Virus record (IMG/VR): IMGVR_UViG_3300033489_000234
Coordinates: 1-42,688 of that record
Source of the DNA: a virus
Lineage: Duplodnaviria > Caudoviricetes
Length of the DNA: 42,688 bases
Strand: one strand, 5' to 3'
How positions within the stretch are numbered: position 1 is the first letter of the stretch; each line of letters opens with the position of its first letter. This document shows positions 33,302 to 42,688 of this stretch, in pieces. The notes under the pieces were generated by a model. That model was not told the DNA's origin, searched no databases, and worked only from the letters and a program-made list of their open reading frames with translations. Made by a program: the position numbers and the translations under genes.

Positions 33302-33499
33302 ATGGGAATTACTAAGCGATGTAGTAATTTTTACGATACGCCGGTAGATCAGCAATGGTATCTCCGGTTTGATGTACTCACCCTTCCGAGGGATCATCGC
33401 AAGATACTTAACCGACAACCGATAGCAAGAAGGATTATACTGAGCAATGGACTAATAGTCGTTGCTTTTTTAATTAATTGGAATGTAATGAGCAACTGA
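33302..33499 (+). CDS. Hypothetical protein
   Basis: TGATG overlap with terS. Confidence 0.55.
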   Translation: MGITKRCSNFYDTPVDQQWYLRFDVLTLPRDHRKILNRQPIARRIILSNGLIVVAFLINWNVMSN

Positions 33500-33852
33500 T
33501 GGCTACAAAAAGTAACACGATTAAAAAAACAGCAATGATTGAAGCTCTTATTCAGTCACTTGGAGTTGTTACTGATGCTTGTAAGAAGGTTGGAATTGCC
33601 CGTAAAACTCACTATGAATGGTATAATGAAGATTCAGAATATCACAAATCTGTTGATGATATCTCTGAAATAGCTCTTGATTATGTTGAGTCAGCGCTTC
33701 ATGGCCGAATTACAAAAGGTGATACAACAGCAATAATATTTTATTTAAAGACAAGAGGAAAGAAACGCGGATATATTGAAGGTTTCGATATTACCTCCGG
33801 TGGCAATCCCATAATACCAGTTATAAAATTTACCAATGGAGACAACGGTTGA
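33499..33852 (+). CDS. terS: Terminase small subunit
   Basis: HTH (LGVVTDACKKVGIARKTHYEW), GDTTAIIFYLKT, DITSGG.PI; upstream of terL. Confidence 0.8.
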   Translation: MATKSNTIKKTAMIEALIQSLGVVTDACKKVGIARKTHYEWYNEDSEYHKSVDDISEIALDYVESALHGRITKGDTTAIIFYLKTRGKKRGYIEGFDITSGGNPIIPVIKFTNGDNG

Positions 33853-35035
33853 GGTACAATTACATGAAGCATATCAACCTCTCTGGCAGGAAAGAGACAG
33901 ACGTTATTTCCTATTAACAGGTGGACGGGGCTCAGGTAAGTCATTTGCCCTGGCGCTATTTCTTTGCGATCTGACAACACGTGGCAAACAAACAATACTC
34001 TATACCAGGTTTACACTTCAATCAGCTCATATATCAATAATACCTGAGTTTATTGAAAAGATCGAGATGCTCGGATTGATGAGTGAGTTTGAAGTAACGA
34101 AAACAGAAATCATTCACCGGCATACAGGCAGTAAGATATTATTTCGTGGAATAAAAACATCAGCAGGTAATCAGACTGCAGCATTGAAGTCAATACAAGG
34201 TGTTACGACATGGGTACTTGACGAGGCTGAAGAACTTATTGATGAAGCCACGTTCGATAAGATAGATGAATCGGTCCGCGAAAAAGGCGTGCAGAACCGC
34301 GTTATCATCGTATTGAATCCTACGCATACTTCACATTGGATTTACCAGCGATGGTTTGAAAAGCATCAGGACGATACGTGTTATATCCATACGACCTATT
34401 TACAGAACCTCAGTAATCTATCAGAGAGTTTCATTGAGAAAGCACGGATAACGGAACAACGTAATAAAGTAGCTTATGACAACCGCTTCCTGGGAGAATG
34501 GATGAATGCTGCCGAAGGTGTAGTATTCGATAACTGGTCTATTGGTGAATATGATAATACCGTTCAGCTTCAATGCTTCGGGCAGGATTATGGCTTCTCA
34601 GTCGATCCGACAACACTTGTTCATGTAGCTGTTAATCGCGAAAAGAAAAAACTTTATATCGATGAATATTTTGCCCTGCCTGGATTATCTACAGGCAAGA
34701 TCGCTGAGCTCAACCGTTATCATGCAGGCGATAATCTGATAATAGGTGATAGTGCAGAAGATCGATTGATTGATGAGCTCAAGAAAGAACATAAGATAAA
34801 TATCAAACCTTCGGAGAAAGGACCGGGGAGTATAACGGCAGGTATCACGGCAATGCTCGATTATGATATAATAGTTACTGAGCGAAGTCGCAACCTGATA
34901 CGCGAGTTCCGCAATTATATCTATCTCGACAAGGGATCGAAGATTTACATTGATGATTATAACCATTCTATTGATGCGGCACGTTATGCCTTCTGGTTCC
35001 TGACGAAACATAAAACTGAAAACTGGCAGATATGA
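33836..35035 (+). CDS. terL: Terminase large subunit (PBSX/SPP1-like)
   Basis: Walker A GGRGSGKS, Walker B WVLDEAEE, LNP, GQDYGF..DP, DDYNHSIDAARY. Confidence 0.95.
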   Translation: METTVEVQLHEAYQPLWQERDRRYFLLTGGRGSGKSFALALFLCDLTTRGKQTILYTRFTLQSAHISIIPEFIEKIEMLGLMSEFEVTKTEIIHRHTGSKILFRGIKTSAGNQTAALKSIQGVTTWVLDEAEELIDEATFDKIDESVREKGVQNRVIIVLNPTHTSHWIYQRWFEKHQDDTCYIHTTYLQNLSNLSESFIEKARITEQRNKVAYDNRFLGEWMNAAEGVVFDNWSIGEYDNTVQLQCFGQDYGFSVDPTTLVHVAVNREKKKLYIDEYFALPGLSTGKIAELNRYHAGDNLIIGDSAEDRLIDELKKEHKINIKPSEKGPGSITAGITAMLDYDIIVTERSRNLIREFRNYIYLDKGSKIYIDDYNHSIDAARYAFWFLTKHKTENWQI

Positions 35036-36411
35036 ATATATTTCAGCGGATATTTAAGAAAGAAGCACCGATACTTTTTACGAATGAAGATTGGAAGATC
35101 CTGTCGAATGTACTTTTCCGTTATGTCAACCGCGAACAGAATATCAATCCGATAGTCTATAAGACGGATTACATAACGAAAGCCTATCTCTATAATGCTG
35201 TAATATATTCGATCATATCGCTCCGTGCCAATGCTGCTAAAGGTGTGCCGTGGCTTGTATATAAGATTAAGAACTCGCAGAAGTTCCGGACTTATCGTAA
35301 TATCACGCGTAAAGATATGAATCTTCACAAGACGCTTACGCTGAAAGAACAATCACTTGAAGAAGTCGATAATACACCGTTGAATGCGCTGTTGAAAGAT
35401 CCGAACCCTTATATGAGTTTTGCTGATATCATTGAAGGTCTGTTCATTTACCGTGATATAACAGGCGATGCTTATTTATTTCATGTCGATAATAACTCGA
35501 ATAAGGAAATATTACAACTTCATCTTCTTCCAGCCGATAAGACAAAGATTGTCGGCGGCGGATTTCTTGATCCTATTGCCGGCTATCGCGTAGATACTGT
35601 TTTCGACAAGCCGTTAGAACGCGAGAAGGTCATGCACTGGAAATATTTCAATCCTCTGTGGGATCCGGACGGTCGGCAGTTATATGGCATATCGCCGCTC
35701 GTCTCGGCTGTGCGGATGATAAATGCCGATAATGAAGGAATAAACAATGAAGCATCAGCATTTTTGAATGAAGGTGTAAAAGGTATCATAACCGGTACTG
35801 AGAGTACTGAGATTGAATTTACAAAAGACCAGGGTGATCTGTTGGCAAAGAAGTTAAAGAAAGCCACTGAACGTGCAAAGGCAGGTGAAGGCAATGTCAT
35901 GTTCAACCGCGCACCACTGAGTTATGTCAGGATTGGCGAGACGCCTGTTGACTTGGGTGTATTAAACTCGCGCAAGTTCAATAAAGAATTATTCTGTAAT
36001 ATATTCCGTATTCATCCTGCATTGCTTTCTTCCGATGCTTCGACACTCGATAACCTCAAAGAAGCACGTAAGTCGCTGATGACGCTCAGTGTTATGCCGG
36101 ACATGGATTCACTGCGTGAGAATCTTAATACAATGTTCCAAGCAGCTTTCGGTCCTGAGTGGTTTATCGATTACGATATCATGGCAATATCAGAACTTCA
36201 GGAAGATATCGAGAAGTTGGGTAAAACGCTTAGTACAATGGATTGGATAACACCAGACGAGAAACGTGCTGCAACGAATTATGATGATTATATCGCCGAT
36301 CCTTCGAATCCGGCTAAACAGATTTATACCGATATGGGTAAAATTCCGCTTGGCTATGGCATGGATTCGGGATTCGAGAAGATAGATAATGAAATAGATA
36401 AACGAAGATGA
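35032..36411 (+). CDS. Portal protein (HK97 family)
   Basis: LL.DPNPYM, GDAY, LYGISPL, FRIHP.LL, ITPDEKR. Confidence 0.92.
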   Translation: MNIFQRIFKKEAPILFTNEDWKILSNVLFRYVNREQNINPIVYKTDYITKAYLYNAVIYSIISLRANAAKGVPWLVYKIKNSQKFRTYRNITRKDMNLHKTLTLKEQSLEEVDNTPLNALLKDPNPYMSFADIIEGLFIYRDITGDAYLFHVDNNSNKEILQLHLLPADKTKIVGGGFLDPIAGYRVDTVFDKPLEREKVMHWKYFNPLWDPDGRQLYGISPLVSAVRMINADNEGINNEASAFLNEGVKGIITGTESTEIEFTKDQGDLLAKKLKKATERAKAGEGNVMFNRAPLSYVRIGETPVDLGVLNSRKFNKELFCNIFRIHPALLSSDASTLDNLKEARKSLMTLSVMPDMDSLRENLNTMFQAAFGPEWFIDYDIMAISELQEDIEKLGKTLSTMDWITPDEKRAATNYDDYIADPSNPAKQIYTDMGKIPLGYGMDSGFEKIDNEIDKRR

Positions 36412-37316
36412 GTTGGGGAACTACAAAAGTAGTAAGAGGTAGTCGGGGTCGTCCGGGAGCACCAGGAATACCAGGAGCAAAGGGTGACAAGGGTGATACT
36501 GGAAATATCGGTGATCATGAATCTGTTTATAATCATACGTATATACATCCTTTAGGATATGATAATCAGGATCTATCAGGATTACAGCCAAAAGAAACAG
36601 GCAAGGGATTAAGCACGAATGATTATACTAATACGGAAAAGGAAAAATTAACAGGTATTGAAAGTGGAGCAAATAATTATATTCATCCTACAAATCATTC
36701 AGCATCAATAATCGCTCAGGATACAAATAATAGATTCGTTACTGATACTGAGAAAGGAATATGGAACGGCAAAGAACCAGGCAATTCAAATATTCAGGCT
36801 CATGTTATATCTGCTCATGCTCCATCAGATGCACAAAAGAACAGTGATATTACCAAGGCAGAAATTGAAGCTAAACTAACAGGTGAAATTACATCGCACT
36901 CACACGCAGGCGGGAGTGGAGGACTTGGTTATACAATAAACGTACAGGCACTAACTTCTTCTCCGGCAGACGGTGCAACGGTTTATTTTGGTCAATTACC
37001 GAAGACTCCTATTACAACTGCCAATGTAAGTAAGGTTTATATCCGCAAGGCAGGTACCATTAAGATTGCTAATATATATTGCTATTCGGGTACGGCAGGG
37101 ACAAATCAGGCATGGAGTCTTAATATAAGGAAAAATAATACAACTGATTATCTGATTGCAACACTATCAGTAGCAACAAATGAAAGGGTGTTTTCTAATA
37201 TTGCTTTGAATATTCCCGTTGCTGTTGGAGATTATATTGAAATTAAGGGTGTTCAACCGACATGGACAACAAACCCACTTACTACGATTTATGGAGGATA
37301 TATTTATATTGAATAG
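36408..37316 (+). CDS. Collagen-repeat fibre/decoration-like protein
   Basis: G-X-Y run GSRGRPGAPGIPGAKGDKGDTG; GKGLSTNDYT..EK.KL.GI; HxH motifs; beta-rich C-terminus. Confidence 0.7.
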   Translation: MSWGTTKVVRGSRGRPGAPGIPGAKGDKGDTGNIGDHESVYNHTYIHPLGYDNQDLSGLQPKETGKGLSTNDYTNTEKEKLTGIESGANNYIHPTNHSASIIAQDTNNRFVTDTEKGIWNGKEPGNSNIQAHVISAHAPSDAQKNSDITKAEIEAKLTGEITSHSHAGGSGGLGYTINVQALTSSPADGATVYFGQLPKTPITTANVSKVYIRKAGTIKIANIYCYSGTAGTNQAWSLNIRKNNTTDYLIATLSVATNERVFSNIALNIPVAVGDYIEIKGVQPTWTTNPLTTIYGGYIYIE

Positions 37317-38078
37317 ATGACCTGGCAGGAAATAAATAACAAACGTTTGCCGTTCATACGCATGGGCGAGAGACTTTTCCGGGGAATGTATGGAGAGATA
37401 AGAAAGGATTTGATTCATTCGTTTCAGAATCTCCAGACGCCGGAAGAAGTTATTGCCGCTGCTACTGCTATTAAGATCGATGAAACGAAAGTATTGTCAG
37501 CATTTGAACGGTTTTATCTCAAGGTCGGTATGGGATTCGCCAAGTGGATTACGAAAAGTACAAAGCCGGCAATAGAGTATAAACAGGAAGATATGTGGAT
37601 GGAGAAGATCATCGAATATATACGTACAAATACCGGTGTTAAGATTACGGAATTAATAAAGACACATTACAAAGATATTGAGAGAATTGCACGGCAGGCT
37701 GTTAAACTTGGTATCAACGAAGGATGGGGTATTGAGAAGATAGCACGGGCGATACGTAATTCACAGGGAGAGATTGACTTATGGAAGGCACTTCGTATTG
37801 CACGTACAGAAGTTGTTGCTGCATCAAATGAAGGTGTAAAGGTCGGTGCAGAAGATCTGCCAGGTAATAAGGAGAAAGTCTGGATATCGACATTCGATGA
37901 GCGTTCACGCCCTGATCATATGGCGATGGATGGTCAGCGTGTCGGATGGATGGATAATTTCACATTGCCTTCGGGCATAATGCTGGAGTTTCCCGGCGAC
38001 CCGAAATGCAATGAACCAGGCGAGATTATCAACTGCCGGTGCGGTTATGAGATAGTAGTTAGTTCAGAATATTTTTAA
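37317..38078 (+). CDS. Minor head protein (SPP1 gp7 / Mu F-like)
   Basis: RIARTE, K.W....D.R.RPDH...DG, FPGDP......INCRC. Confidence 0.88.
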   Translation: MTWQEINNKRLPFIRMGERLFRGMYGEIRKDLIHSFQNLQTPEEVIAAATAIKIDETKVLSAFERFYLKVGMGFAKWITKSTKPAIEYKQEDMWMEKIIEYIRTNTGVKITELIKTHYKDIERIARQAVKLGINEGWGIEKIARAIRNSQGEIDLWKALRIARTEVVAASNEGVKVGAEDLPGNKEKVWISTFDERSRPDHMAMDGQRVGWMDNFTLPSGIMLEFPGDPKCNEPGEIINCRCGYEIVVSSEYF

Positions 38079-38090
38079 AATTTAATATAG

Positions 38091-39053
38091 ATGAAACGAT
38101 TTTACCAATATGGCCCACCTTGTAGTCTTGAGTTGAAGGATCTTAACCTCAAAGATCGAATCGTTCAGGCGTATTATTTCAACGCTCAGACGATTGACAG
38201 CGATAGTGATATCATTTCGATCGATGCATACGAAAAGAGTATCAAAGAACGGGGGCCAAAGAGTGCTTTGCCACGAATAAAACATCTGTTTAATCACTGG
38301 GAAGGTGCAGGTGTCATTCAGGAACTCGGCAAAGACGAGAAAGGCGGTTGGTTTATGTCTAAGCTTGGCCGCCATACTGTAGGTCGTGATACGCTGCTTA
38401 TGTACGAGGATGGTCTGATTACAGAACATTCGCATGGCTTCGATGCTGTTAATACTTCAAATGAGACTATCGAAGGCAAAGAGATACGGCGCATAAAAGA
38501 GGCTGTCCTATGGGAAGTGACATCACTTGACAAGTGGGGTGCAAATATGAATACTCCCGTTATCAAATCTATTGATGATCAGCAGGAATGGATAAAGAAA
38601 CTCGATCGCTTGCAAAAGGCACTCAATCGTGGTAGTTATACCGATGAGACATTTGACTTATTCGAGATACAGTTAAAGCAAATAATGGAATTGCTTCAGA
38701 ATTATGAGATGGAACAGAAGCCATTTACAAATTTCCATGCCGCGCGCGTGCGTGACCCTGATGATTTTGTCAGGATACGTGTACTTCAGACATTGCCGAA
38801 TGGTATAATGATCTATGGCGGTCCGCTAAAAAGTGACCCACAAGGAAGTACTAAACCGCAGACATACCGTTTTCCGAAAGATAAATTCACTGTGGCCGAA
38901 GCTAAGAAATGGCTTACGGATCACGACATAAAATATATTTCGTTTGAACCAGCTGAAGAAGAAGAGCCGAAGCAACTACCCACCCTTAGATGGGCCGGGA
39001 GCCTGTTCACTCCAAAACAAGTAAGCTATGATAAGATAGTATTAACTTTATAA
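38091..39053 (+). CDS. HK97-type prohead protease with extra C-terminal domain
   Basis: IDSDSDII, HLFNH, EHSHGF, LWEVT...WGAN. Confidence 0.85.
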   Translation: MKRFYQYGPPCSLELKDLNLKDRIVQAYYFNAQTIDSDSDIISIDAYEKSIKERGPKSALPRIKHLFNHWEGAGVIQELGKDEKGGWFMSKLGRHTVGRDTLLMYEDGLITEHSHGFDAVNTSNETIEGKEIRRIKEAVLWEVTSLDKWGANMNTPVIKSIDDQQEWIKKLDRLQKALNRGSYTDETFDLFEIQLKQIMELLQNYEMEQKPFTNFHAARVRDPDDFVRIRVLQTLPNGIMIYGGPLKSDPQGSTKPQTYRFPKDKFTVAEAKKWLTDHDIKYISFEPAEEEEPKQLPTLRWAGSLFTPKQVSYDKIVLTL

Positions 39054-39062
39054 ATTATTAAA

Positions 39063-40472
39063 ATGAAAATTAAAATTGGGGATATTGAATATGAATTTAA
39101 ACATATCAATCTTCCCACAGATCACGGATTTGATGAGGAACATCTGAAATTCCTCATGAAAATCGATGAGGCTCTTGTTAAAGCCCGCGAGGGAATAACA
39201 AAGCAAGAGGATATCGAGAAGATCAAGACTGATTTTGATGCTAAGATTAAGACACTTAAAGACGATTTTGGTAATCTCAGTTTCGAGAAACTACAGAAGC
39301 AGATCAATGATATTTATATCGAGATCGCAAAAGCCGGGCTGAAACCTGCTGCCACGAAAGAAGAACTGGCACGACAGGAACGTGTGATGAATAGTAATTG
39401 GTTGCGAGCTTTAGCTAAGAAGGATAGCGAAAAGGTTAAAAAAATAGGATTGGAGATCAAGCAAAGATTTCAAACTCCAATGGATCCGATTATGCATTTA
39501 GGACCAGCGACAGATGAAATTGATGAAGATTATACACAAGGAGGATATTTGGTTCCTATTTTACTTACAACTGAAATTTATAGATTTGTAACGGAAGGTG
39601 GAATAGCAAGGAGGGAATTTGGTAGTCTACCTTTTGGAGGACCAGGTAATACACGTGAATTACATCGATTACTAACATCGGTTACTATATCATGGATTGA
39701 TGAAGGTGAAGAAAAGCCGAAAACAAAGCCAACAACTACGAAAGTTACTCAGACTTTGAAAGAAATGGCTGCAATGGTATTATTTACTGAAAATTTACTT
39801 GAGGACGCAGCTATTGATTGGGTATCATATTGTTCGCCACTATTAGGAGAAGAAATTGCTGCTGAGGAAGATAATCAGTTCTTTGTCGGTACTGGCGCAC
39901 CGTGGACGGGATTAATTAATGATCCCGCTATAACTTCAGTTGCTCTTGCACCTACTGTCGGGCCATTGGACATGCGGCCAGAAGTTTTGCTTGCCCTCCC
40001 AAATGTGATTCCTTCTACGGCATTGCCAGGTAGTAAATATTATATGCATAGATCCGTATGGAGTGCAATTTGTGCCAGAAGGAGTGATGCTGTTGCTGCA
40101 AATGACGTGAAAGGTAATTACCTGATTCAGCAACCATCACAAGGTAGTCCCGGTTCAATATGGGGTTATCCTGTCGTATTGGTTGAGGCAATGCCCTCGC
40201 TCACGGACTTAGGCTATGGTGAAGGTGATGATGAATGTGATCCTGATCTGCCGTTCATTATTTTTGGAAATCTCAAGAAATGCGTAATTTATGGAGATAA
40301 GGGCGGAATAAAAATGAAAGTACTCGATCAAGCTTCCGTCTATGATAATGAAGGCAATCTCATAAATCTTGCAGAACGAAACATGATTGCGCTGAGATGC
40401 TCGCGGAGGGTTGGTTATGTAACGATTCTCCCGGCTGGTATTGTCATCCTTGCAACAGGAGCAGTATCGTAG
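39063..40472 (+). CDS. Major capsid protein (HK97 fold, N-terminal scaffold/delta domain)
   Basis: Coiled-coil N-terminus; GGYLVP, WIDEGEEKP, LLEDAAID, IWGYPV, IIFGNL. Confidence 0.95.
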   Translation: MKIKIGDIEYEFKHINLPTDHGFDEEHLKFLMKIDEALVKAREGITKQEDIEKIKTDFDAKIKTLKDDFGNLSFEKLQKQINDIYIEIAKAGLKPAATKEELARQERVMNSNWLRALAKKDSEKVKKIGLEIKQRFQTPMDPIMHLGPATDEIDEDYTQGGYLVPILLTTEIYRFVTEGGIARREFGSLPFGGPGNTRELHRLLTSVTISWIDEGEEKPKTKPTTTKVTQTLKEMAAMVLFTENLLEDAAIDWVSYCSPLLGEEIAAEEDNQFFVGTGAPWTGLINDPAITSVALAPTVGPLDMRPEVLLALPNVIPSTALPGSKYYMHRSVWSAICARRSDAVAANDVKGNYLIQQPSQGSPGSIWGYPVVLVEAMPSLTDLGYGEGDDECDPDLPFIIFGNLKKCVIYGDKGGIKMKVLDQASVYDNEGNLINLAERNMIALRCSRRVGYVTILPAGIVILATGAVS

Positions 40473-40487
40473 GATATGTTAATAATT

Positions 40488-40513
40488 AAGGGAGGGAAAC
40501 TTTCCTCCCTTTT
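40488..40513 (+). terminator. Intrinsic terminator after the capsid gene
   Basis: AAGGGAGGGAA / TTTCCTCCCTT stem and T-rich tail; TAATTTTG (-7-like) follows at 40517-40524. Confidence 0.75.
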
Positions 40514-40535
40514 ATTTAATTTTGTATCTTTAAAT

Positions 40536-41489
40536 ATGGCACAACTTAAAATACCGGGGATTTATAAAATCCAATCTATCTGTAAACCAGAACGGTTTTA
40601 CATAGGGAGTGCTATGAATTTACGGAAGAGGAAATATGAACATTTTCATCAATTACAGAAGAATAAGCATTACAACCGAAAATTACAAAATCATTATAAC
40701 AAATATGGTAAGGATGATTTGATATTTATTGTGATAGAACCATGCTTCCCTGAGTATCTTCTTATAAGGGAGCAATATTACATAAATCATCTAAAACCGT
40801 ATTTTAATATCTGCAAGATAGCTGGTAATTTAACTGGGGTTAGGTTAGGTGTTAGACTTACAGAAGAAACTAAAAAGAAAATAAGTGAAAAACATAAAGG
40901 GAAAGTAGCTTGGAATAAAGGTAAAGAGGGTAAAAAAGGGACAATCCCATGGAATAAAGGAATTAAGTTATCTGAAAAAATTAAATGCAAATTCAAATTA
41001 AGAAAAAGGAGGGGCCCTCTGAGTGATGAAGAGAGAGAAAGAATTTCTTTACTTAATAAAGGGAAAAGACTAAATAATGAAACAAAACAAAAAATACGGA
41101 ATAAACATTTGGGTATGAAATATTCAGATGAAACTAATGCTAAAAAAGCAAGAAGGGGTAATAATAATGGGATGTTTGGGAAGTATAGATATGGAGAGGA
41201 GAATCCGATGTTTGGAAGAAAACACTCCCAGAATACAAAAGATTTAATTGCTCAAAAAGCAAAAGGAAGAAAGGCCAGTGAAGAGACATTAAAGAAATTC
41301 AGTAAAAGAAGCGCTGGGGAAAATAATCCAATGTATGGAGTTCATCGGTTCGGGAAAGATAATCCAAATTATAAACATGGAAAATATAATAATAAATTAC
41401 TTAAGCAAGAACAAGAGATAATTCGATTATTAGAAAGAGACATCAATGATCCAAGATTAAACATATTCAAATACGAACAATTAAATTAG
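40536..41489 (+). CDS. Free-standing GIY-YIG homing endonuclease with NUMOD3 repeats
   Basis: GIYKI......FYIGSA.NL..R...H; REQYYI; ETKKKIS, PWNKG and GENNPMYG repeats; start moved to ATG 40536. Confidence 0.92.
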   Translation: MAQLKIPGIYKIQSICKPERFYIGSAMNLRKRKYEHFHQLQKNKHYNRKLQNHYNKYGKDDLIFIVIEPCFPEYLLIREQYYINHLKPYFNICKIAGNLTGVRLGVRLTEETKKKISEKHKGKVAWNKGKEGKKGTIPWNKGIKLSEKIKCKFKLRKRRGPLSDEERERISLLNKGKRLNNETKQKIRNKHLGMKYSDETNAKKARRGNNNGMFGKYRYGEENPMFGRKHSQNTKDLIAQKAKGRKASEETLKKFSKRSAGENNPMYGVHRFGKDNPNYKHGKYNNKLLKQEQEIIRLLERDINDPRLNIFKYEQLN

Positions 41490-41494
41490 TTATT

Positions 41495-41824
41495 ATGAAA
41501 CCAAAGACAAGAGAAAGTGTACCATTACCAGCTTTCGGAGTTAGAAAGAAAATATCTCCGAGGAAAAAATCTAAATTACTAATTCCAATAAGGAATATGA
41601 AAGAGAAACCAAATGCCGGCAGGATTTATCCCGTTGAGAATAAAGAGGAAAAGCACTCACCGAAAGAGACGAAAGATTTTTCCAATATATCGATAAGTAA
41701 ATTACGCGATATGATAGGCGATCTCAGTGAACAGGAACTCAAAGATATTGCTGCAAAGGATCAGCGTATAACTGCACGCAAACTTGCCAGTGATGAATTG
41801 ATAGACCGTGGATCGGAAAAATGA
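41495..41824 (+). CDS. Hypothetical protein, basic N-half with helical C-terminal domain (possibly head-associated)
   Basis: Position after the capsid gene; DFSNISISKLRDMIGDLSEQELKDIA helical motif. Confidence 0.55.
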   Translation: MKPKTRESVPLPAFGVRKKISPRKKSKLLIPIRNMKEKPNAGRIYPVENKEEKHSPKETKDFSNISISKLRDMIGDLSEQELKDIAAKDQRITARKLASDELIDRGSEK

Positions 41825-42582
41825 GGGTTGAGCAGATACGGGTAAGCCGGAATGTCAAGTTCTTTGCCGGGCGGATGCAACATAAATTCAAACTCCGTCC
41901 GTATGATGATCCGACAAAACCGGTTATTATGTACGGTGTTTATAATACCGACGATTATGAGTTCTTTAAAAATTTTGAACAGCCGATGATTGTTCTCTGG
42001 CGCGGTACTGATGCACAGGTCGTTAATGAGGGTAAAGCGAAGATAATACTATCAAAACCTTGTCGTCATTATGCAGTAAGCCGCCAGGTGCAGAAAAGCC
42101 TTGAGCGGTTTGGCATAATGTCGGAGGTGAAGGCGATAACATCAACAGATCCTTCGATCAAATGCCAGCCTCGCGGTGAATATGTTTATTGTTATATTTC
42201 GAGTAATGTTAATGTGATGCGTTCGAAGTATAAATACGGATGGCTGAGATATCTACAGAGGAAATTGCCTTATAAGTTCATATTCACAACGATACGGCAA
42301 TATCCGGAGGATAAGTTGATGAAGATCTACCGTAAGTGCTTTGTCGGTGTGAGATTGCTTGGACATGATGGGATGTCAAACTCGATACTTGAAATGGGAT
42401 TGATGGGACGGAGGACGATATCAAATTCAGGACTTCCGCATACAATACCCTGGAAGGAACTGAAAGATGTGAAAAAATCGATAATAAAAGAATATAATCA
42501 TCGCAGGGAAGATAATAGTTCGATAAGTACAGCATATAAGAAATTGATTAACATTGATAATAAATGGTTAGAGTTGGAATAA
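41821..42582 (+). CDS. GT-B fold glycosyltransferase-like protein
   Basis: YRKCFVGVRLLGHDGMSNSILEMGLMGRRTI resembles the GT4 signature; WRGTDA; overlaps the gene at 19..840 across the junction. Confidence 0.65.
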   Translation: MRVEQIRVSRNVKFFAGRMQHKFKLRPYDDPTKPVIMYGVYNTDDYEFFKNFEQPMIVLWRGTDAQVVNEGKAKIILSKPCRHYAVSRQVQKSLERFGIMSEVKAITSTDPSIKCQPRGEYVYCYISSNVNVMRSKYKYGWLRYLQRKLPYKFIFTTIRQYPEDKLMKIYRKCFVGVRLLGHDGMSNSILEMGLMGRRTISNSGLPHTIPWKELKDVKKSIIKEYNHRREDNSSISTAYKKLINIDNKWLELE

Positions 42583-42688
42583 TATCATGGACAGCAGCAT
42601 ACGGCAATGCAGCAGCATTAGCAGTTGGTATGCGGCATTTTGCTGATGTAGCGACATGGTATAAATATGCTGATGAAAAAGGATTCGA
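42546..42688. repeat. Terminal overlap copy 2
   Basis: Matches 1..143 with one mismatch. Confidence 0.97.

Noticed and set aside
194-42535. Minus-strand ORFs in the track (e.g. 1311-1820, 7414-7785, 23040-23399, 34984-35352)
   Set aside because: Antisense shadows of well-supported + strand genes with no recognisable motifs

Overview
The window is an apparently complete, circularly permuted genome (42,545 bp unique plus a 143-bp end overlap) of a tailed siphovirus-like phage. All supported genes lie on the + strand. The host is most likely a Bacteroidota: there is a TTTG-N19-TAnnTTTG promoter, and several signal peptides are followed by Gln. Gene order from the terminator at 18415: (1) early/middle module with an RHH regulator, RecE-like exonuclease, Rad52-like annealer, SSB, NinB, HNH, VRR-NUC, Dam-type and C5 methyltransferases, a DUF1376-like initiator, a DnaA domain-IV protein and a radical SAM protein; (2) packaging and head genes (TerS, PBSX-type TerL, HK97 portal, protease, capsid); (3) a free-standing GIY-YIG nuclease; (4) a glycosyltransferase/methyltransferase cluster spanning the contig junction; (5) neck and tail genes with a -1 frameshifted chaperone; (6) three signal-peptide-bearing fibre/adhesin genes; (7) an unusual lysis cassette. 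No integrase, tRNA, CRISPR array or reverse transcriptase was seen. The main candidate for a new system is a two-route virion glycosylation strategy. A Sec-exported fibre-like protein carries 15 Bacteroidota O-glycosylation sequons, and the phage has its own glycosyltransferases embedded in the head-neck operon. Family assignments come from motif recognition by eye, not database searches.
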